Assembly (NCBI GenBank): GCA_964035575.1
Contig: OZ037839.1
Coordinates: 1,302,001-1,366,000, forward strand
Source of the DNA: Rhynchopus sp. YZ270_cl-10
Taxonomy: Eukaryota
Length of the DNA stretch: 64,000 bases
Direction of reading: 5' to 3'
The notes under the pieces were generated by a model that did not search any database, had not been told where the DNA came from, and worked only from the letters and a program-made list of their open reading frames with translations. Position 1 is the stretch's first letter, and every line of letters begins with the position of its first letter. A program made the translations under genes and the position numbers. This document shows, one piece after another, positions 56,506-64,000 of the stretch.

Positions 56506-58458
56506 ATGGTTCGCGAAATGATAATACGGCTGTTGCTGGTGGTGGTGTCGTTTGTGTCCGCGCTTCTGTTGACGGAGTGGAAGCGGCCGCAGCCTGCTAT
56601 GTTGGTTGTCAGCGCTCGAGACCCCCCGATCGAGACAGCACCACCGCTCTCCAGCAGCAGCTCCGCTGGGACGCAGAAAGCGAGCCCTACCGAATCTGTC
56701 TCCTCCATCATCCCTGCCTCTTCTGTCACTATCGTATCCTCGGAGTCATCACCGCCCCCGCCTCGTATCTACCCCGACCCAAACCGCCACCAACCCAGCA
56801 GAGAGGTGCCCCTCCTCCGTGGAGGCATGCGACGTCTATCGCGACCGTTCCTCAATAAAGTGGTCGAGCACAACTTCGTTTATCTGTGCATCCTCAAAAT
56901 GGATGGGGAGGATCCCGTAGTGGTGATGTGGAAGCGCAATATAATTGCCGCAGGGGTACATAACTTTGTGGTAGGCGCTTTTGAGGCAAGCTATGTTAGG
57001 GTTGAAGAGATGTTTGGCGAAAAGCATACGTATGCAGTGGACCCACCGATTCCTCCAGCGGAGAAGTTGGATCTGCATAATGGGATGAAGCTGAGTGTGT
57101 TTGCAAGAATCGAGTCGTTGCTCGCGATTTTGGAGCTAGGTATTGGATGTACTCTGGTCGATTCAGATGCAATGTTTGCGCAAAATCCTACTCCAGTGTT
57201 GCTTCGTTATCCCCAAGCAGACATTCTCGCCACGACCGACAGTGCATACCCCACGGAATACGGCCGCACCCACGAATTAGAGGACCCCACCATGCTTACA
57301 TACGACTTCAACATAGGATTCTGCTATTTCAAACCCGGACCTTACGTAAAACGCTTCGTTCAATCCTGGAGCCAAACGTACTTTGCCAACCAATACCTTT
57401 GGGACCAACGGTTATTTGGTGATATGCTGCGTTCTGTTACCAATCCATATTCATACCCGGGTAAATGGAAGCCTCAGAACGGAAGCTGGGCTGTAGAAGG
57501 ACTTGAATACGGACTACACCCACTTTATGGAGGTAAGGTGGTGACCGGCATGCTGTCGTCTCTGCTCTTTCGCAACGGATTTGTGATGCACGGATCGCTT
57601 CCAGAACGTTTAGACCCTGCAGGGAGGGAGCCCTATCTGCTTCACCCTACGGCACACCAAGACAAAGCATTCGCAGCGAGAGAGCAGCTCTCCGGGAGGG
57701 ATGATCCAGAGTACTACAATGCCCCCGAAGGGTACCTTACATTCGATTTAGACATTCCGGAGCTTGGGGTGGGGGTAGGAAGTAGCTATAACTATGTTGA
57801 GGTGAGTCGGAAGCTGCCAACAGATTTGAGTGTTGATGCGCAGCGGTTTTGGCGAGCGGTGTTGAACAAACAATTGGCGCAGATCGGCAATGCGGCTGCA
57901 ACAGCGAAATGGATGGGGCGGATTTTGGTGCTTCCTCCCCTCATAGTTCCGACGGTGATGAAGGGATGGTTGTCTCCGTATTCATTTGTGGGAAATGAGA
58001 GCGCGCAACGGCCTATAAAGTGGAGTAGAAGCTTTGTATGGCTGGTTAATACCAAGCTGGTGAACAGCCTGCCCAAGGAAAAGAGGTATATCAAAATCCG
58101 TGAGTACTCCTTCATGCGGAATCCGTTGTTGCCTGCGGAGGTGCGTGGTGGGGTGAAGCAGATGGGGGCCGCGAACTTCACAGAGGTGTCCGCGAAGGAG
58201 GCTGGGGAGAAGTTTGTCTCAGACCGTGTGCTGCACTTCAGTAGCATGGAGCGGGGCTTCAGCTTCGCCATGAAGGAGGCGCGTACCGACTTCGAGCTGA
58301 AGACATACCGTCCCTTCTTCCGCGAGCAACGTACCGTCTGGGCAAAGCAAAATCAGTACAGCTTCCTCCCCTCGGAAGCGGAAATGGCGGATGTGCGCAA
58401 CCTGACCCTCTTGATGGCAGAGGCCCGCGCGATGTATTACAATGTTAGCGGGGCATGA
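56506..58458 (+). CDS. Type II membrane nucleotide-diphospho-sugar transferase (GT77, XEG113-like)
   Basis: N-terminal TM helix, Ser/Pro stem, LVDSDAMFAQNP (DxD), DILATTD, NIGF, WDQ motif, and XEG113-like GRILVLPPL and REYSFMRNP. Confidence 0.8.
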   Translation: MVREMIIRLLLVVVSFVSALLLTEWKRPQPAMLVVSARDPPIETAPPLSSSSSAGTQKASPTESVSSIIPASSVTIVSSESSPPPPRIYPDPNRHQPSREVPLLRGGMRRLSRPFLNKVVEHNFVYLCILKMDGEDPVVVMWKRNIIAAGVHNFVVGAFEASYVRVEEMFGEKHTYAVDPPIPPAEKLDLHNGMKLSVFARIESLLAILELGIGCTLVDSDAMFAQNPTPVLLRYPQADILATTDSAYPTEYGRTHELEDPTMLTYDFNIGFCYFKPGPYVKRFVQSWSQTYFANQYLWDQRLFGDMLRSVTNPYSYPGKWKPQNGSWAVEGLEYGLHPLYGGKVVTGMLSSLLFRNGFVMHGSLPERLDPAGREPYLLHPTAHQDKAFAAREQLSGRDDPEYYNAPEGYLTFDLDIPELGVGVGSSYNYVEVSRKLPTDLSVDAQRFWRAVLNKQLAQIGNAAATAKWMGRILVLPPLIVPTVMKGWLSPYSFVGNESAQRPIKWSRSFVWLVNTKLVNSLPKEKRYIKIREYSFMRNPLLPAEVRGGVKQMGAANFTEVSAKEAGEKFVSDRVLHFSSMERGFSFAMKEARTDFELKTYRPFFREQRTVWAKQNQYSFLPSEAEMADVRNLTLLMAEARAMYYNVSGA

Positions 58459-59565
58459 GGAAGAGGTGGGGGTGTACACAGTAGACCCGCCGAAACTATC
58501 AGGTGAAATGACGACAGGTGGAACCAGATTTCCACCTCCTCCAGGTGGCCCCACCTGTCTCCGCACCTGGTACACGATGTGTAGATTTAATGGGGGTGGG
58601 GGGTGAGGAACGGAGGTTGTAATTAATGCATCGTTTTTTTTTTTAAAGGGTGGCCAAGCTTTAGAAAGCACCGATTTGGGTTATCTGTTTAAACCCCCTT
58701 TGTTTTTTTCCTTTTGGGGTTGATTGGGGTGAGGGGGGCCTAATAATATACCCCCACTTTGGAAGCGGCAGTGTACGTTGCTTTCCGGTGGAGGGATATT
58801 TCCACTGAATTGCCATCAGTGTATTAGGCACCGTGTGTGTACTAAACGTTAGGAGGTGACACTATGTTGAGGGAATCCGCCCTCGTTTGGCTTGGCATTT
58901 CCTTGATGGGTGGCGGTTCCAGTAATGTACACGGCAGGTCCTGAAGACAAAGTATTTCACGTATGTCTCTCTTGACTGGGTTTTTTGTGTAGAGGTGTTT
59001 AGCTATCATCCATTCAGTTGTATTGTATGGAGATAATATGGCCTTTGCGTGGAAGAGGACGAGGTTTTCGTGTCCACGGCCGACTAGTCAGGGGGACTAC
59101 TTGGTGAAACTACTAGTCGTAACGACTAGTACTAAACTATAGCAATGCTACTGGTGGAACACTAGTCGTAAAACACTGATCATTTGGACTAGTAGAGCAC
59201 TACTAGCAGCCCCCATGACTAGTCAGCCGTGTACCCATAGGGAGTGGGCGGTGGTGGTGGTCCACCCTCCCCTTTTGTCCCACCCTTATCTCTTGCCTTG
59301 TGACCTCCCTCACCCCACTCCACAGCTCTCAAATTAATTCTGTTCCCACCCCTTCCCCCGTCTCCCTTGTCCCCAATGGCAGATATTTTTGCAGATGACG
59401 ACACTTAGATTCAACCTCTCTCTTTCTCTCTCTCTTAGTGTATTTGGGTAACTAAATCGCGGCTGTCATCCCGTGATAGTAGCCTGAAAGCAAACATTCT
59501 ATTTTTATTTTTCTATTATACCTTCTATTCAGTAGAATAGTTAGTATATTGAAACAATTTTTTTT

Positions 59566-59630
59566 GGTGTGGCTGAAGGGGGCTGATGCGCACTTTTCCC
59601 GCACTTTTTCCGCCCCCCATTCAGCCACAC
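59566..59630. mobile_element. Tiny TIR element (related copy in the opposite orientation at ~3302-3400)
   Basis: GGTGTGGCTGAA ... TTCAGCCACACC. Confidence 0.6.
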
Positions 59631-60218
59631 CAATTTTTATTTTTATTTTAGGTGACTAAGTTCATACCTGTCGTGGCCTAGGTTCATCGTACAAAAATCT
59701 CTCTCTCTCTCTGTTATTTTCCTTTATGTTTTGTTGTTAAGCCGCCTTTTCGGTGTTCCGGTCACGTACCAAAAAGATGCCAGTCATGAGCGGGCTTTGT
59801 ATTTCATTTTATTTTTTCAAGATGTGTGCACGAGAGAGGCACATGCATCTTTCAAGTTTTCCTTTTTTTTCGTGGACTCAAAATATGTTTGGCGTCCCAA
59901 AAAAAAAGGCACCACATTTCCCCCAAAAAATCCCCAAATCCACCAAGCAAGAAAGTTGCAGTTGGACAAGAACCTTGGCGACCAAATAATATTGGCGGAT
60001 TTTGTAATTGGCGACTTTTTTGGTCGCCAATATTATTTGGCCAACTGAAATTGGACTCCAAGTTTCTTGGAGTCCTGTACTATCAATACCAATAGCTGCT
60101 CGTTCCCATCTTTTTTTGATGCATACTAATCCTGAGAGAGATATTCTGTTCTGACTTTTTACCCTGATAGTGTCGTGATACACCCCCCTTTTTTTTTATA
60201 CCTACAAGCGTAGCTTAA

Positions 60219-61210
60219 CCCTTTATGGACCACGGCCGTATTTTGCGTTTTGCTATGATTGTCTCTCACATAGGTAAAATGAGATCCGATGCATATTTTT
60301 GATCGTACCTGGCCGCAATTGAAAGATTTTGAGCAGATCTTTCAAATGGAGCAGAAATCGAAATAAAATGAGAAAAATGGAAAATGGAAAATTGAGGAGA
60401 GCTGATATTTTTTCCTGAAAATTTTGAAGAAAAAAATTATTCCGGCTGCGCACCTGTTTTTTCGGTATTCGAAAATGGCTTTATTTGAAAGATCGGTTCA
60501 AAATCTTTCAAAAGAAAGAAAAATCGATCAAAAAGTCCTAGTAGATAATGTCTCACTGCATGGAGAGAAGGTACCAACCAGCTAAATATACCGTAATTGT
60601 ACAGAGGTTGGACAGTACAAAAGTTGGGGCTTTTGGGGCTTTTGGCCAACTTGGCCTGGTGTTGAACGCCGCATCCCCCGCACATGTAATCTGCTTTTAG
60701 CCGCCTGTTTCCCAAGCAAGAAGAAGTTGTCGACCAACACCCTCCTGCCAGTGTCTCTGTACCTTGACTGTGTTGATACAGCTTCTTTTGTACAATGTCC
60801 CCCAAAAGACAAAGGGCAATAAATACACGGAGAAGAGGCACAGCCAGTTCAGGGTCAGGAACTGCTACGACGAGTGTTACTTTGCCCGGTCGCAGATATT
60901 TTCCATTATTTTAGTTTTGTTCTGAAAACCGTACAAAATGGTTCCCTTCACACCAAAGTTTGAATCCTCTGATGACTCAAGCTCGCCAGAGTAGTTCATT
61001 ATTCCCAAAATATACCCGAAAAAGTCGAAAATTTGGAAATGCCTCGATTTGGTGACAGTGTATGAGAGTGTCAAAATAAATTGAATCTTGCTTCTTTGGA
61101 AAGATTTCACATCAAATCTTTCCACTAAAAAAAAAATCGCTGAAAAAGTCCGAGTAGAAGCCATGTTAAGCATTTTCGTGGATATATATATCCTCTTGGT
61201 CCATAAAGGG
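60219..61210 (-). mobile_element. Non-autonomous piggyBac element
   Basis: TTAA|CCCTTTATGGACCA ... TGGTCCATAAAGGG|TTAA; internally deleted transposase remnant (GRRVLVDNFF next to DYMCGGCG). Confidence 0.9.
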
Positions 61211-61278
61211 TTAAAGGAGAAATAGTTCCTCAGATACGGTCGCCAATCACCCCTCAAACAGGGTAATTGTGCAATCAA

Positions 61279-61959
61279 GCATGTCCTTAAATCCGGGAAA
61301 AATCAGGATTTTTCCGATTTTTAAATCTCAAAATTTTCTTATAGAAAAAAAAATTTTCGCGCTGCGCGCGAAAATTTTTCGCGCACAACAGGAGAAGATA
61401 TTTTGTTGTTGTTGTTGTAGGCCCGCAGTGCGGGGCGGTCACATTTTTCTCCCCACCACAGTGCCTTATCCAAGAATCAGATTTCAAGATTTTTGGGGTC
61501 AGTTTGTGTTTCCCCCAAGATGTTTTTCAGTTCTGACCAGCGAAGACATTGGAAACATAGGGAATTGTATTTTATTTTCCTTTTGCGGAGCAAAAGGAAT
61601 AACACAAAATGGCGCCGCAGGCGAAAAAATAATAGGGTACGGTGTAAAATGTAGCTTTTTACACTACAGAGTCAGTCAACGATGCCTTTTTTGCGGAGCA
61701 AAAAAGTAATAAATAATGGCGCCGCAGGCAAAAAAAATTAGGGGACAGCCTGGGATTTCACGGTGCGGTCAGTAACTCAGTTCCCCAGGGTACTCCCGTG
61801 GTTCAACCACTGTTCTACCAGGAAATTATTCCGACCTCCCTAAAAAAGACACTGCCCCATATCCATATGAAAATTTTTTCACCGGCAAAAATAAAATTTT
61901 CTTATAAAATTTTCTTATAGAAAATCCTGAATCCTAAATCCGATTTAGAGGACAGCATG
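61279..61959. mobile_element. Probable TIR insertion between 11-bp direct repeats
   Basis: TGTGCAATCAA at 61268-61278 and 61960-61970; imperfect inverted ends (TGTCCT-TAAATC / GATTTAGAGGACA); the related host repeat near 63230 lacks it. Confidence 0.55.
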
Positions 61960-63071
61960 TGTGCAATCAACGAAAAAAATTTTTTTTTAATTGAGACAAC
62001 TGCCTTGCATAGGTATAGGTTGCAGGGGAGGAAATGAAAAACGTATTTGAGTGTGCCCGAATTTTTTTTGGTGAGAGTGATGTAAACACGACACAACTTA
62101 TCCACTGAAACAGTTTTTTGATTTTTTGTCCCTACACACTCCACAAAAATCCGGTGCAATCAACGATTTTCTTCTCTGATTTCGTTTCTTTCTTTTATCA
62201 GACTAGCTTACACTCAGATAACAGTTTTTATTTTGACAAAATCAGCATGTGTAGCGACAGTGAGGTTCTCTGTTTTTTTTGCAAATCCAGCAAACCAACA
62301 AAAAGGGGCCAGCGTTGAAGACGACCCTCCTCTGCCTGTTATGCGTGTGTGTCGTGAGGACGAATTTTGGAATCAATTTCGACCATTGGCCATTTGGGTC
62401 CATTTAATTTACCGTGTTCGCAATAATGCTCGACCATAAAGAAAGGTCATATAGTGGAGCACACTCTAGGGTGGCTACACTAATACAACCAAGTTTTCAA
62501 AGAAAGGTTGAACTTCCAAAAAAAAATCCTGAAAAGGTCGAACATCATTGCAGTCGTCAATTTTTTTTTCGATTTGTGGTAAAGGGTCCGCTAAATGGTC
62601 AGAACTTTTTAACTAGCCCCGAAACAACAAAACAAGCGTATCAGTACTTCTTCTTTGTTGACAGGTATACATACACTGTCACAAGAGGGTTTGTATGTCA
62701 AGACACCTTTTTTGTGGTCAAGGTGACGTATGCGAGGCTTAAGTTTATCTTTTTTTTTTTCGCGTTTTTGGTATTTTTCATAATATTATTTCACCGCCGA
62801 AAAAATAACATTTGCGCCCTCAGGCTTTGCGAGAAACTCCTCAGTTCTCTGCTTTGTGCATCTGGGTCACTCTGGGCGTAAAGCGTTTATGAATGGCACT
62901 GAATAGGTATTCTTTCCCCTTTAGAAACCCCCATGAGGCCCGAGAAGGTAGTATTTTTTAAAAGATGCGTGCGCGCGAAGCACATTTACCTTTTATTTTT
63001 AATTTTTTGGCTGCTCCCATGATAGTAGTCTAAAATCAAACATTGTTTTTATACCTGCAAGCGTAGCTTAA

Positions 63072-63180
63072 ATAGGCTGATTGACGTGGGCCTGGCATGC
63101 CCCATTTTTCACTTTTTATCATCGATTTAAACCGATCACCGTGGATCACCACCGACCAAGCTCAGCGTCAATCAGCCTAT
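63072..63180. mobile_element. 109-bp MITE with TAA TSD (PIF/Harbinger-like)
   Basis: TAA|ATAGGCTGATTGACG ... CGTCAATCAGCCTAT|TAA. Confidence 0.8.
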
Positions 63181-63649
63181 TAAAGGAGAAGTAGTTTCTC
63201 CGATACAGTCGCCAATCACCCCCTCCAACAGGGTTCATCGAGTAATCAACGAAAAAAAACCTTTTTTCCCCTTTTACTTACCGATCAGAGTTACAGTCAT
63301 CCAACAAAGGTTGGTGGGGTAAAAACCCACCAATTTTTTTTCGATCCCCCAAATACACCAATATTTTTGCCCCACCAACCTTTTTACCCACCAACGTTTG
63401 TTGGGTGACTGTGCTATTTTTTTTTGATACAGACCTTCTATTTTGCTCTCTTTTAAGGATCCTGTGAACAACAAATGGCTGCCTATCTAGTGATAGTAGT
63501 CTCTCGTCAAACAAAATATTTTTGCAGCGCTTTACTGATGTGCTCAGCGACATCAATCACCTATGCCGATATGTTGTATTATTTTTTGTACGGCACACAC
63601 ACACACACTCACTCTCTCTCTCTTTCTCTTTAAAGGGGTGCCCCGTCGA

Positions 63650-63745
63650 TTATTTACCTTTTGTAATATTTACCTTCGTGTATTATTTACCTTTTTAATG
63701 CCAAACATTGTATTATTTACCTTTCGTGTATTATTTACCTTTTGA
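63650..63745. repeat. Short tandem TATTTACCTT repeats
   Basis: Five copies of TATTTACCTT within ~95 bp. Confidence 0.7.
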
Positions 63746-63757
63746 ATTGGCATTTAA

Positions 63758-63946
63758 TTAATTAATTTTCCGCCCCGCTTTTTTTGGGTGAAGTTCTGAG
63801 GCACTGGACGTGTCGCTGAAGCTCTCAACGTCCAGGTCCAGGCTCGCCACGCTTGCCTCGTCGAGGCCGACGACCACCTCGCAGCGGCCACAGCGCACCT
63901 CATCCCACTGGTGGTTCAGCTCTGCAAGGGTCGAGGCGTTCAACAT
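63758..63946 (-). CDS. Possible short or truncated minus-strand gene
   Basis: GC-rich coding-like stretch (MLNASTLAELNHQWDEVRCGRCEVVVGLDE...) preceded on the minus strand by ACAACAG and a pyrimidine-rich leader; no recognisable domain. Confidence 0.35.
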   Translation of the reverse strand: MLNASTLAELNHQWDEVRCGRCEVVVGLDEASVASLDLDVESFSDTSSASELHPKKAGRKIN

Positions 63947-64000
63947 GACGGCGAGAGGGGTTCCGGGGAGGGGGAAGGGCGGGGTGTGAAAATCTGTTGT

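Noticed and set aside
59080..59225. Cluster of ACTAGT motifs
   Set aside because: Low-complexity degenerate repeat with no definable termini or function.

Overview
Eukaryotic genomic DNA, most likely from a euglenozoan and probably a diplonemid (inferred). Evidence: every well-supported gene from 0.7 to 58.5 kb is on the + strand, most are intronless with a pyrimidine tract and AG shortly before the ATG (trans-splicing-like), one gene has a canonical GT-AG intron, and the PKA regulatory subunit has the kinetoplastid-type Arg-less ligand pockets. Genes: PKA-R (3' part), a ubiquitin-like (Ubl)-WD40 protein, an 894-aa uncharacterised protein, six Ubl-LRR paralogues (four with hypervariable 25-aa repeats), a stand-alone GIY-YIG nuclease with a possible mitochondrial presequence, two recently duplicated opine dehydrogenases, a secreted beta-propeller protein, two sulfatases, a SKP1-like protein, tRNA-Sec(UCA), a Ubl-DUF4116-like protein and a GT77-like glycosyltransferase. 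Intergenic DNA holds many, often nested, non-autonomous DNA transposons (hAT, piggyBac, Tc1/pogo, MITEs) with readable TIRs and TSDs. The most novel-looking signals are: (1) the hypervariable Ubl-LRR array and the recurring Ubl + repeat-scaffold architecture; (2) several families of 30-70 nt covarying hairpins seen only on the sense strand, one caught as a presence/absence insertion between 18-bp direct repeats; (3) tandem structured non-coding units at 6-8 kb; (4) the GIY-YIG nuclease. All calls were made by eye; no database searches or folding programs were run.
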